Below are positions 30,140 to 40,407 of a stretch of 64,000 nucleotides of DNA, one piece after another. Source of the stretch: an uncultured delta proteobacterium (GTDB taxonomy: Bacteria > Desulfobacterota > Desulfomonilia > UBA1062). The stretch lies in the NCBI GenBank assembly GCA_963785235.1, contig CAWAUM010000011.1:192001-256000 (forward strand), in the 5' to 3' direction. The notes beneath the pieces were generated by a model. It was not told where the DNA came from and made no database searches. It worked only from the letters and a program-made list of their open reading frames with translations. Position 1 is the first letter of the stretch; the number at the start of each line of letters is the position of its first letter. Made by a program: the position numbers and the translations under genes.

Positions 30140-30472
30140 TCAGGCGTCTTTTTTTTCCTTTTTTGCCCGGATCTGGTTAATGGAGATGACTTTAGCATCT
30201 TGGATGCCGGTCTTTCTAAGGGTCTGTGATTTCTGATGCCCTGATCTTTCAAGAGATAAGATTTGAATGGGTATGTCTTTCATGGTAAATGATGATCCCT
30301 CGAGGTATTCTCTCTTGAGTATCCATGATATCTCTTGGGGTGGGAAACTCAGGAATAGGAGTTTAACCTGATACCACTTGGGTTTTATATCAGCCTCTAT
30401 AGCCTCTATCCTTGCATATACAGAAGGTTTATTATCAATATGGATGATGACAACATCACCGATGGAATTCAT
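30140..30472 (-). CDS. Hypothetical protein
   Basis: 110-aa ORF upstream of pilB with plausible globular composition. Confidence 0.65.
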   Translation of the reverse strand: MNSIGDVVIIHIDNKPSVYARIEAIEADIKPKWYQVKLLFLSFPPQEISWILKREYLEGSSFTMKDIPIQILSLERSGHQKSQTLRKTGIQDAKVISINQIRAKKEKKDA

Positions 30473-30648
30473 GGCGTCTGTCTATCACAAAGGGTGGAAC
30501 GATATCTACTTTAGATATGGTGATAATGGAGCTTTGTTCAATCGGAAATCAGGTATAATATGAACAGGTGGGAGAATTGATGGCTCTGAAGGCTTGATAA
30601 ATCCTTTTATTTATTTTTTTATACCGGAAAGTCGATGGTGGATAAGAG

Positions 30649-31617
30649 ATGGCTGAAGAGATCCTATTCGTTGATGACGAAGAATATATTCTTGATATTG
30701 CTCAGCAGATATTTGCTGAACGGGATATAACCATCCTTACTGCCCTGGGCGCCGATGAAGCCCTTGATATAATCAGTAAGCATGAGATAGCCGTGCTTGT
30801 CTCTGATAACCACATGCCCGGCATGAAGGGTATCGATCTCCTCTCCAGGGTTAAGGTCCTTTCTCCTGATACGGTGAAGATTCTCATGACAGGATTTGCC
30901 GACCTGGAGACGGCATTAGATGCCATCAACAGGGTGGAGGTTTTCCGGTTTATCGTCAAACCATGGGAGAATACCCAGCTTGTAGGTATTGTAGAAGATG
31001 CCCTGGAGCGTTATCGTCTCGTCAAGTCCATCCTCAGAGGGGATGAAAACATGATGCGTTCCCTGGTCCATGCCCTTGAGCTTAAAGACCCCTATACCAG
31101 GGGGCACTCGGAGCGGGTAGCCGGTTATGCACTCATGATTGCAGAGCGCCTTGGTCTGCCGGAAGAGGTATTGACCTCGTTGAGCTACGGCAGCTGGCTG
31201 CATGATTGCGGAAAGATAGGAGTCTCTGAGAACATTCTCAATAACGAAGGACCCCTGGATGAGGCGGAAATCCATATTATCAGGAACCACCCCCTGTGGG
31301 GGGCGGATATGGCCAGGAAAGGTCATCTGACCCGTACCATTGTGGATGTCATTCTTTCCCATCATGAGCGTTACGATGGAAAGGGATATCCGTCAGGTCT
31401 GGCAGGTGAAGAGATCATTCTTGAGTCACGAATCGTCAGCGTGGCGGATATCTATGATGCATTGACCACTGAGCGTCCCTACCGTATGGCCTATACCCGC
31501 GAAAGGGCATTGGAGATGCTGATTTCCATGAAGGGTAATGTTCTTGACCCGGAATTGGTGGACTGCTTTGTTTCCATCATGCAAGGGGATGGAAGCCAGG
31601 GCGAAAGCCTCAATTAG
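30649..31617 (+). CDS. Response regulator with HD-GYP phosphodiesterase domain
   Basis: REC (FVDDE, SDNHMPG, KPW); HSERV, LHDCGKIG, HHERYDGKGYP. Confidence 0.93.
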   Translation: MAEEILFVDDEEYILDIAQQIFAERDITILTALGADEALDIISKHEIAVLVSDNHMPGMKGIDLLSRVKVLSPDTVKILMTGFADLETALDAINRVEVFRFIVKPWENTQLVGIVEDALERYRLVKSILRGDENMMRSLVHALELKDPYTRGHSERVAGYALMIAERLGLPEEVLTSLSYGSWLHDCGKIGVSENILNNEGPLDEAEIHIIRNHPLWGADMARKGHLTRTIVDVILSHHERYDGKGYPSGLAGEEIILESRIVSVADIYDALTTERPYRMAYTRERALEMLISMKGNVLDPELVDCFVSIMQGDGSQGESLN

Positions 31618-31689
31618 GGGTTTCCAAAAAGGATTGCCGGTATGGATTGAATGTTAAGACCTGTGAACGACTACTATAAAATTGTTAAT

Positions 31690-31719
31690 GACCCCCGGGG
31701 TGATAGTATCCCGGGGGTC
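31690..31719 (-). terminator. Hairpin after the tRNA pair
   Basis: GACCCCCGGG...CCCGGGGGTC directly 3' of tRNA-Glu. Confidence 0.65.
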
Positions 31720-31721
31720 TT

Positions 31722-31799
<78 letters not shown>

Positions 31800-31805
31800 A
31801 TACAA

Positions 31806-31878
31806 TGAGCCAGGAGGGACTCGAACCCTCGACCACCGGATTAAAAGTCCGATGCTCTACCGACTGAGCTACTGGCTC
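31806..31878 (-). tRNA. tRNA-Lys(UUU)
   Basis: GAGCCAGTAGCTCAGTCGGTAGAGC...CTTTTAA...GGTTCGAGTCCC..CTGGCTCA; CCA not encoded. Confidence 0.95.
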
Positions 31879-32053
31879 AGTTCGAACCCCCCTATGTCAT
31901 GGATGGGGGAAAATATCAAGGATAAAAAGCCTTCGATTGATGCAGGGAAGCCTTTGTATTGTAAGGCATCATGATCCGTGAATAGAGCAATTACCTTTGA
32001 TACGTTAATGGTGTTTTCTGTGAGACGGTAGTTGTGCTATAGACTTAGACGCT

Positions 32054-32275
32054 ATGATCTGGGTGATACTCTATATTCCAATTGCCATTTATATGAGCTA
32101 TTCGTATGCCTCACGCCTTGAGCCCATTTCATGGGTAATTGTCTTTGGCGTTATCCTGGGGTTTTGTCTTGTAGAGTGTATGATGGTTAGAAAAGACCTT
32201 TCCCGTTCGAAGACAGCCCTGATGATCATGTGTCTCACCCTGGTATCGCTTCTTGGGGGAATGATATTTCGTTAA
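32054..32275 (+). CDS. Small hypothetical membrane protein
   Basis: 73-aa ORF with three hydrophobic stretches. Confidence 0.55.
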   Translation: MIWVILYIPIAIYMSYSYASRLEPISWVIVFGVILGFCLVECMMVRKDLSRSKTALMIMCLTLVSLLGGMIFR

Positions 32276-32322
32276 GGGAACTAACCTGGATTCGGCGTTT
32301 TAGAAGCGAAAAAAAGGTTTAA

Positions 32323-32601
32323 TCACATGTCTTCGGAGTAGGTATAGTCATAAACCTTGGACACTCTGATCCCCTGGATGGAGAAGAAGAACTCGTCACC
32401 TTTTTCTACGCCGCTTACTTCCGCAACTCCCGACTCCTGGGCCTGGAAGATTTTGGTGTTTCCGAAATCGAAAATGGGTAAGGCCTTGCTTGTATAGGTC
32501 CAGATAGTGCCATCATCAGAGATGGTTGAAATGATATACTCACCCTGCTTCAACCATTTCTTTATACCCTGGAATTCGAATCTTGTATTGTCCCTATACA
32601 T
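32323..32601 (-). CDS. Hypothetical protein
   Basis: 92-aa ORF filling the gap downstream of cimA; purine-rich RBS. Confidence 0.55.
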   Translation of the reverse strand: MYRDNTRFEFQGIKKWLKQGEYIISTISDDGTIWTYTSKALPIFDFGNTKIFQAQESGVAEVSGVEKGDEFFFSIQGIRVSKVYDYTYSEDM

Positions 32602-32676
32602 GGTGGCCTTCTCTCTTCATAGCTGATTCCTTTCTAATAGTACTTATCGGAAGCGAAGAGAGAAGGCTTAAGGCTT

Positions 32677-34269
32677 TTACTTGAGGCGCCTCACCTTTTT
32701 TGAATCTTTGTAGAGTTTGTAGTCCATACTGTCTACCAGGGCCATCCATGAGGCCTCAAGTATGTTGCTTGATACCCCTACGGTATACCAATGGTCCTTC
32801 TTATCGCCTGACTCGATGAGAACCCTGACCACTGACTCGGTGCCGGTCCTGGATGAGATCACCCGGACTTTATAGTCCAGAAGCTCGACTTCTTCGATGC
32901 CAGGGTAAAACTTCTGCAGGGCCTTCCTGAGTGCTTTGTCCAGCGCATTGACCGGTCCGTTACCCAGTGCGGCAGTATGCTCGATATTACCATCCACCTC
33001 GATCATGATGGTGGCCTCGGACATGGGATCGGTGTCATCGCTTCTGCGTTCCGTATTCACCCGGAATCCCTTGAGCTTGAAGGAGCGCATGTGTTCACCC
33101 AGGGACTTCTTCATAAGGAGCTCTAAAGAGGCGTCAGCGCCTTCAAACTGAAAACCGCAATCCTCAAGGTCTTTTATGATCTTCACGATATCGTTGGCAG
33201 CCGTATCATCCTTGGATAAGTCAATGTTCAGCTCACGTGCCTTATAGAGGATATTGCTCTTTCCGGACTGTTCGGAAACAAGGACCTTGCGATGATTCCC
33301 CACAAGCTCTGGTGAAATGTGCTCATAGGTTGTGGGATCATCGATTACGGCACTCACATGGATACCGCCTTTATGGGCAAAGGCGGATTCGCCCACATAG
33401 GGCTGGTGTTTGTTGTGGGATAGGTTGGCAATGTCGTCAAAGAACCGCGAAAGGTCACTGAGCAGCATCATTTTGGAGGTAGGTATGGTTTCATAGCCGA
33501 GCTTGATGCTCAAGTTGGGGATGATGGAGCACAGGTTTGCATTCCCGCACCTCTCCCCAATACCGTTTATCGTACCATGGACGTGGTCAATGCCTGCCTG
33601 TACGGCGCAGATGGTATTTGCAACGGCAAGATCGCTGTCATTGTGGCAATGGATGCCCATCGGGGTGCCCAGCTCGCCCTTCAGGAAGCCGATGATGCCA
33701 AGCACCTCAGAGGGTAGTGTGCCGCCGTTGGTGTCGCACAGGATGATCCTGTCAACCCCGCCTGCAATGGCAGCCTTCAAGGTTGATAAGGCATATTCCC
33801 TGTTTGCCTTAAATCCATCAAAGAAGTGCTCTGCATCGAAAAATACCGAACTGAAAGAACCCTTCAGATAAGCCACGGTATCGCGGATCATCCGTATGTT
33901 TTCATCCAGAGAGCACCCGATGCCGCCGGCTCCCTTGACATGGGTGTCCCATGATTTTCCGAAAATGGTCACCCCGTCAGGTTTCGCATTAATGAGGTGC
34001 CTTATCATTCTGTCGTTTTCCGGGAGTTTGCCGGGTTTGCAGGTACTGCCGAAGGCCATGATCTTCGAATGGGTGATTGCGAGCGACTTGATCTTGCCAA
34101 ACAGGCGATCATCTTTGGGATTGGCCCCTGGCCAGCCGGCCTCGATGTAGTCCAGTCCAAGCTGGTCAAGTTTTACGATGATGGCGCATTTGTCATCCAG
34201 CGAGAGGCTTATATCTTCTGACTGGGCTCCATCTCGCAGCGTGGTGTCATAGATCTCGATCTTGCTCAA
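32677..34269 (-). CDS. cimA: Citramalate synthase
   Basis: YDTTLRDGAQ, FFDAEHFFDG, HCHND, GERCGN, AFAHKGGIH, LeuA-type regulatory domain. Confidence 0.92.
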   Translation of the reverse strand: MSKIEIYDTTLRDGAQSEDISLSLDDKCAIIVKLDQLGLDYIEAGWPGANPKDDRLFGKIKSLAITHSKIMAFGSTCKPGKLPENDRMIRHLINAKPDGVTIFGKSWDTHVKGAGGIGCSLDENIRMIRDTVAYLKGSFSSVFFDAEHFFDGFKANREYALSTLKAAIAGGVDRIILCDTNGGTLPSEVLGIIGFLKGELGTPMGIHCHNDSDLAVANTICAVQAGIDHVHGTINGIGERCGNANLCSIIPNLSIKLGYETIPTSKMMLLSDLSRFFDDIANLSHNKHQPYVGESAFAHKGGIHVSAVIDDPTTYEHISPELVGNHRKVLVSEQSGKSNILYKARELNIDLSKDDTAANDIVKIIKDLEDCGFQFEGADASLELLMKKSLGEHMRSFKLKGFRVNTERRSDDTDPMSEATIMIEVDGNIEHTAALGNGPVNALDKALRKALQKFYPGIEEVELLDYKVRVISSRTGTESVVRVLIESGDKKDHWYTVGVSSNILEASWMALVDSMDYKLYKDSKKVRRLK

Positions 34270-35498
34270 AGGGCGCTCCTGGGCTTGTCGAGCTCAAAGG
34301 CCTCGTGAAGAACGCGTACGCCGAGCTCGATGAATTTCTCATCAATAACGCAGGAGACCTTGATCTCGGATGTGGAGATCATCTGGATGTTGATCCCCAC
34401 ATCGGACAGCGCCTTGAACATCTTGGAAGCGACACCTGCATGGGATCTCATGCCTACGCCTACAATGGACAGCTTGGCGATGGAAGGGTCACCCGCAACA
34501 TCACGGACCCCGATCTCGTCGGCCAATTTTCTGACGATCCCAAGGGCCTTGTCAAAGTCGGTCTTGGTGACCGTGAAGCTCATATCTGCAAGCTTTCCGT
34601 CAGCCGAGACGTTCTGGATGATCATATCCACATTGATGTCCTTTTCCGACAGGGGGGAGAAGATCTTTGCCGCTACACCGGGTTTATCCTGAACGCCCAG
34701 GAGGGTAATCTTGGCCTCGTTCTTGTCATACGTAATGCCTGATACAACTTCTTTCTCCATCTCATCATCCTCCAGGGTGGTAAGGGTCCCTCCATCATCC
34801 GAGAAGGTGCTTTTCACCAGTATGGGAATATTGTATTTCTTGGCGAATTCCACTGAACGGGTCTGAAGGACCTTGGCGCCCAACGATGCCATCTCGAGCA
34901 TCTCGTCATAGGATATCTTATCGAGCCGCCTCGCCTTGTCGCATATGTTGGGGTCGCAGGTGTATACCCCATCCACATCGGTGTAGATCTCGCAAAGTTC
35001 TGCGCCCAGCACTGCGGCCAGTGCAACGGCCGACGTGTCTGAACCTCCTCTGCCGAGTGTTGTGATATCCCTGTTTTCCGTGATTCCCTGGAACCCGGCG
35101 ACAACCGCCACCTCTTTCGCCTCAAAGGCCTTTTTCAGGGCAGTTGCATCTATGTCGAGGATACGCGCCTTCATGAATGCATCATCGGTCTTGATTCCGA
35201 TCTGAAAACCTAAGAGCGAGCGAGCAGGAATTCCCAAGTCCTTGAGTGCCATGGCTAAGAGGCCGGTGGTCACCTGTTCACCTGTGGAAACGATGACATC
35301 CATTTCCCTGGGGTCAGGTGAAGGGGAAAGCTCCTTAGCGAGCTTGATGAGCTTGTCCGTCTCTCCTGACATGGCGGAAACAACCACTACTACATCGTTG
35401 CCTTCACGATACCTCTTGGCAACCTTGCCTGCAACGAATTTAATCTTTTCCAGAGAGCCGACGGAGGTTCCGCCATACTTCTGAACAATTATACCCAT
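34266..35498 (-). CDS. lysC: Aspartate kinase
   Basis: QKYGGTSV, TTLGRGGSD, two ACT domains, STSEIK. Confidence 0.96.
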   Translation of the reverse strand: MGIIVQKYGGTSVGSLEKIKFVAGKVAKRYREGNDVVVVVSAMSGETDKLIKLAKELSPSPDPREMDVIVSTGEQVTTGLLAMALKDLGIPARSLLGFQIGIKTDDAFMKARILDIDATALKKAFEAKEVAVVAGFQGITENRDITTLGRGGSDTSAVALAAVLGAELCEIYTDVDGVYTCDPNICDKARRLDKISYDEMLEMASLGAKVLQTRSVEFAKKYNIPILVKSTFSDDGGTLTTLEDDEMEKEVVSGITYDKNEAKITLLGVQDKPGVAAKIFSPLSEKDINVDMIIQNVSADGKLADMSFTVTKTDFDKALGIVRKLADEIGVRDVAGDPSIAKLSIVGVGMRSHAGVASKMFKALSDVGINIQMISTSEIKVSCVIDEKFIELGVRVLHEAFELDKPRSAL

Positions 35499-35499
35499 A

Positions 35500-35997
35500 T
35501 CAATTCACCCATCGTTGTGTACATCCAGTGTCCTGTTGGATGACTCGGTAAAGGTCACTTATGATCCACGGGAGATCATGTGTTGAGATAGTGATCTCCC
35601 TTTTATTCTCACCCGCATGATCGATGGTGATATCAACGGTTGTGCCCTGAAAAAAGCCGCAAGCACGCTCAGCCCACTCGACAATAATGACATGATCCGT
35701 GTCCATGAAGTCTTCAAGCCCGAGATTTCCTATCTCTTCAGAGTCTAGCCTATAAAGATCTACATGGATTATGTCAAGCCTTGCATTGTACAGGTTCACC
35801 AGGGTGAAGCTCGGACTGACCACTGTCGTGGTCGTTTCGGGATCCATGCCTTTGACAATGCCCTTGGTGAGCAGCGTCTTGCCTGCGCCTAACTCGCCAT
35901 TGAGAAGGAGGATCTCTCCGCCTGTGAGCCTTGAGCCTATAAGTGCCCCGAGTGAAAAAGTTTCTTCAGGAGAGTTGGAGATGAAGTCGTGTCTCAT
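35500..35997 (-). CDS. tsaE: tRNA threonylcarbamoyladenosine biosynthesis ATPase TsaE
   Basis: GELGAGKT, SPSF, HVDLYRL, IVEW. Confidence 0.95.
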   Translation of the reverse strand: MRHDFISNSPEETFSLGALIGSRLTGGEILLLNGELGAGKTLLTKGIVKGMDPETTTTVVSPSFTLVNLYNARLDIIHVDLYRLDSEEIGNLGLEDFMDTDHVIIVEWAERACGFFQGTTVDITIDHAGENKREITISTHDLPWIISDLYRVIQQDTGCTQRWVN

Positions 35998-36371
35998 ATG
36001 CCCTCTAGAATCACAACTGCTACGGCGCAGCCCTTGTCATGAGATATGCTCACATGGAGTTTCACCACGCCTAAGCTCTGTGAGAGTTCATGGGCCTTAC
36101 CGGTCAATGTCAGATGAGGTGCTCCATCGTGCATGTCTACTGTGATGTCCTTAAAGGGGACGCCGGAGGATCTTCCGGCAGAAAGCGCCTTATAGGCAGC
36201 CTCTTTTACGGCAAACCTCCCGGCAAGGCATGTGGCGGAATCATATCTCTTCATGCAGTAGGTTATTTCGTCTGAGGAAAAGATCCGCTCAAGGAAACGC
36301 CTGCCATACTTTTGTAATAGGGTGTTGATGCGAGTGATATCGACGATGTCAGTACCAAGGCCAATGACCAT
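35994..36371 (-). CDS. acpS: Holo-ACP synthase
   Basis: GLGTDIV, AGRFAVKEA, VSISHD. Confidence 0.95.
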   Translation of the reverse strand: MVIGLGTDIVDITRINTLLQKYGRRFLERIFSSDEITYCMKRYDSATCLAGRFAVKEAAYKALSAGRSSGVPFKDITVDMHDGAPHLTLTGKAHELSQSLGVVKLHVSISHDKGCAVAVVILEGI

Positions 36372-37590
36372 TTACGCCCCCATGATGGCCCGGATAACCG
36401 AACGCACCCTGTGTGCATGCATACAGTTATGGACGCGCACCAGATCCACGCCATCTAGGGCAGCCCAGGCGGTTATTGCGTCTGTACCTTCTTCGCGTTG
36501 ATCAATAGCGCAATCAAGGATTGTGCCGATAAAGGATTTTTTCGAGTGACCTGCCATAATGGGCACGTGAAGCGACTTGAACTCGGATATATGGCGCATG
36601 ATGGAGAGGTTTCCCTGAAGGTCTTTGCCGAAACCAAGCCCCGGGTCTGCGATGATGGACTCAGGAGAGATCCCTGCAGCAAGGCATGCCTCGATGCGCT
36701 CGTCCAGGAAGGTGTATATATCGCCGATAATGTCTTTATAGATCGTATCGTCCTGCATGGTCTTGGGCGTACCCCGCATGTGCATCAGGATAACCCCGCA
36801 TCCGCTTTCCCGGGCGAGGTTCATCATGTCAGGGTCACTTCTGAGCGCACTGATATCATTGATAATGGTGGCGCCTTCATGAAGGGCTGCTCCGGGCCAC
36901 TGCGGCCTTGGTTGTATCGATGCTGATGGGGATGGTAAGAGCCCTGGCCAGTTCTTTGATAATGGGGGCTATTCTTGAGGTTTCCTCAATTGCATCAACG
37001 CTCAGAGATCCCGGCCTTGATGATTCACCTCCAACATCGATAATTTCGGCGCCCTGCCTTACCATCTCCAGGGCATGTTGGAGTGCTGTGTCAGGGTCAA
37101 GGTATTTCCCTCCATCGGAAAAGGAATCAGGTGTCACATTCAGGATTCCCATGATGACCGGTAATTCCATCCACTTCAGGTTTTTCCCGCAGAGGTTGAG
37201 CTCTAGGGGTCCATTTTCAGAGAATACCTGTTCACGGATGCTCTGAGCCAGAGGTTCCAGGCCCGTCTGAAGCATGAGCTTGTCTGTCAGGAGTCTGAAG
37301 TGCCGGAGGTCACCCATTATCACGCAGTCCGAGGTTTCAACCTTTCCTGAAACCACATGCCTATGGACTGCCACATCGCCGCCGATGGACAGCATGCTCT
37401 GCTTGATGATATTGGCTGCGTAGAGCTTTACCCCCTTTACCAGGAGGTTTACATGATTGAGCTTAGGAACCAGATAGGCCAGTGAGGCCGGATCGACGCC
37501 GCAGGAGAGTAGAACGCCCTCGTCTGCATCAAAGATCCGCCTAGCTTGCGGCAGCCCCTTCCTGGACGATCCTGTCGATCTCTGCGCCAT
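36372..37590 (-). CDS. folP: Dihydropteroate synthase with N-terminal extension; frameshift near 36890; start uncertain
   Basis: MGILNVTPDSFSDGG, GGESSRPG, ISIDT; second frame ILMHMRGTP, DPGLGFGK, SKKS, VRVHN. Confidence 0.92.
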
Positions 37591-39359
37591 CGATGACCTC
37601 TTTTTCCAGCAGGGTCTGGGCTATCTTGTGGAGGATGTCGAGGTTGTCCTCAACAATACCCCTCGTCTTGTTATAGCAGTCCATAACGATCGTCTTCACC
37701 TCGTCGTCGATCTTCTGGGCAGTCAGTTCACTGTAGTCAACCCGCTTGGAGATCTCTCTACCTAAAAAGATCTCCTGTTCTACCTTGCCGAAGCTCAAGG
37801 GCCCCAGCGAGCTCATGCCCCATTCCGTGACCATATGCCTGGCCATGTCGGTGGCCCGCTCGATATCATTTCCTGCGCCGGTAGTAAGAATGCCTAAGAC
37901 CAGCTCTTCGGAAGCCCTTCCGCCCATGAGAACGGAGATGGTGGCAAGCAGAAACTCCTTGCTGTAGGTGTGCCTGTCATCGATGGGGAGCTGCTGGGTA
38001 ATGCCCATGGCGCGTCCCCTGGGGATGATGCTTACCTTGTAGACAGGGTCTGCATTCGGCAAGCTTCTTGGCCACCAGGGCATGGCCGGCCTCATGGTAT
38101 GCGGTGGTCTTCTTCTCCTCATCCGAGATCACCATGCTCTTGCGCTCCACACCCATAAGGACCTTGTCCTTGGCCTGCTCCATGTCTTCCATCATTACCT
38201 TTGTCCGTGTTTTACGGGCGGCAAGAAGCGCAGACTCATTTACGAGATTGGACAGGTCAGCCCCTGAAAAACCGGGTGTGGCCTTGGCAAGTATTGCCAG
38301 ATTGACATCATCGGCCATAGGGATATTGCGGGTATGTACCTTGAGGATGCCCTCTCTGCCTTTTACATCAGGGAATGCCACTATTACCTGGCGGTCGAAC
38401 CTGCCCGGACGGAGAAGGGCCGGGTCCAGGACGTCCGGTCGATTTGTCGCTGCCATGAGGATGACGCCCTCGTTGGATTCGAAGCCATCCATCTCAACCA
38501 GGAGCTGGTTCAGGGTCTGTTCGCGCTCGTCATGGCCGCCGCCGAGGCCGGCCCCCCTGTGCCTGCCCACGGCATCGATCTCATCAATAAAGATAATGCA
38601 TGGGGCATGCTGTTTGCCCTGGGCAAAGAGGTCCCGCACACGTGATGCGCCCACACCTACGAACATCTCCACGAAGTCGGAGCCGGACATGCTGAAGAAG
38701 GGAACGCCAGCCTCACCCGCAACTGCCTTTGCAAGGAGGGTCTTTCCTGTCCCCGGGGGGCCCAGGAGCAGCACCCCTTTTGGTATCCGGCCGCCCAGCG
38801 TGGTGAATCGCTTGGGTTCCTTGAGGAATTCTATGATCTCCTCCAACTCCTCCTTAGCCTCATCCACGCCTGCCACATCAGCAAAGGTGACCTTCATTTT
38901 ATCCTGGGTCATGAGCCTGGCCTTGCTCCTGCCAAAGCTCATGGCCTTGGTTCCGCCGGTTTGCATCTGCCTCATGAACAGGACCCAGACACCGATGAGC
39001 AGCAGCATTGGAATCCATGAGATGAGCGCAGAGAGGTACCAGGGAGATTCATCCTTTGGTTTGGCTATGATTGAGACATTCTTTGCCGTAAGACGCTCCA
39101 CAAGTTTTGGATCATCCGGGGTATAGCTGTCAAAGAGCTTTCCGTTTACCAGCGTCCCCTTGATCTCATTGCCCTGGATGGTGACTTCTTTTAATTCGCC
39201 TTTATCCAGGACCTTGAGAAATTCGCTGAAGGATAGGGTGGCGGTCTGTTTTGTGGGCTGATTGAAAAGGTGGAAGAGCATCACCCCGATAAGGGCGATG
39301 ACCACCCACAACGCCACGGTCTTAATCATGCTCGTATTTGAGTTCATGAGAGGACTCAC
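37541..39359 (-). CDS. ftsH: ATP-dependent zinc metalloprotease FtsH; frameshift near 38060
   Basis: Two TMs, [32 protein letters not shown]; C-terminal part in ORF 37541-38122. Confidence 0.96.
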
Positions 39360-40009
39360 TGTTTTGCGTTCGGCGTAGTTGATGGTGAGGAACCAAGAGA
39401 GGCCAGCAAGGTTTTGGCCATCTCGGAATAGTTTTCAGAAACAGCGCTCAAACATTGTCTCGCCTCACTACCTTTTCCCATGGCAATCAATGCATTGGCC
39501 TTAAGGAACAGGGCCTGATCTTTAAGGTCTTTGGATGCGTTCTCAATGCAGGTATCCAGGATCGGTATGGCCTTGGCAGGCTCATTTTGCTGCAAGTATG
39601 CACCGGCTGTTATGAGGATAGCCTGCCAGTGGAATGTATCCTTGTCGGCCCATTTGTTAATGAACTCATCCGCATATGCCAGGGCCATTTTCTGGTTGCC
39701 TTGATCGAAAGACATTCTGGCCAGCCTCAATTTGGCGAGCTTGCCTGCCTTTGTATCGGAATACTCCTGGGCAACCTGGAGAGACATCTGGGGATTATTG
39801 GAAGCCTTCATGTATGCATTCATGCCGTTGAGTTCCCTACTGGTCTTCCAGTAGTAAACCCCATATCCTCCAGCCAGGATACAAACAAGGACAACCGCAC
39901 CGATGATGAATTGCTGCGGATGCTCTTTTATCCATACAAGTACGCTGTTTGTCGTGGTTATGAATTCATCTGGTGTATTGAGTATGTCTTTGCGTGTAAT
40001 TCGTGCCAT
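39356..40009 (-). CDS. YfgM-like membrane-anchored TPR protein
   Basis: PDEFIT, single [15 protein letters not shown]-like helices. Confidence 0.75.
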   Translation of the reverse strand: MARITRKDILNTPDEFITTTNSVLVWIKEHPQQFIIGAVVLVCILAGGYGVYYWKTSRELNGMNAYMKASNNPQMSLQVAQEYSDTKAGKLAKLRLARMSFDQGNQKMALAYADEFINKWADKDTFHWQAILITAGAYLQQNEPAKAIPILDTCIENASKDLKDQALFLKANALIAMGKGSEARQCLSAVSENYSEMAKTLLASLGSSPSTTPNAKQ

Positions 40010-40093
40010 GTCTATTCAACCTCCGAGTAGATAGGAAGTATATAGTAACTCTAACAGGTGTATGTCAATTGTGTATTATCCGCAATAAAGATA

Positions 40094-40313
40094 AACCCGG
40101 ATTTTTGCGTTTAAGATGCGTAAAACTTGATCCGCTCAAATCAGTGATCTTGCAGCCTCTGATGAGTTCGCATTTTCCCAGTCCTTCAGGGCTGCAAGAT
40201 CACTGATTTGAGCAAACCTATAAGAAACAATTTATCACCATGAGTCTTATGTGTAAGGCACTCATGGAGTGTTTCGTGTGTTTATGGGTACATTCAAATG
40301 CAAGATCTGTGTT
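40094..40313 (+). mobile_element. MITE-like element, copy A (imperfect ~17-bp terminal IRs, internal perfect 24-bp IR)
   Basis: Left end AACCCGGATTTTTGCG, right end TGCAAGATCTGTGTT; internal IR 40134-40157/40190-40213; body homologous to 60115-60252. Confidence 0.65.
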
Positions 40314-40333
40314 CAACGGTAAAATTAGGGGAT

Positions 40334-40366
40334 AAAAAAGCCCCTGCACTTATCGTGCAGGGGCTT
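40334..40366 (-). terminator. Intrinsic terminator after pilQ
   Basis: AAGCCCCTGCAC-GATAA-GTGCAGGGGC followed by T6 on the minus strand. Confidence 0.8.
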
Positions 40367-40407
40367 GGATCGTTGTTATAATCCGGTGGTATTCTTAGTC
40401 CCAGTGA

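Noticed and set aside
37150-37590. N-terminal extension on FolP as a novel fusion
   Set aside because: Long-form dihydropteroate synthases of this type are, to my knowledge, common in anaerobes.
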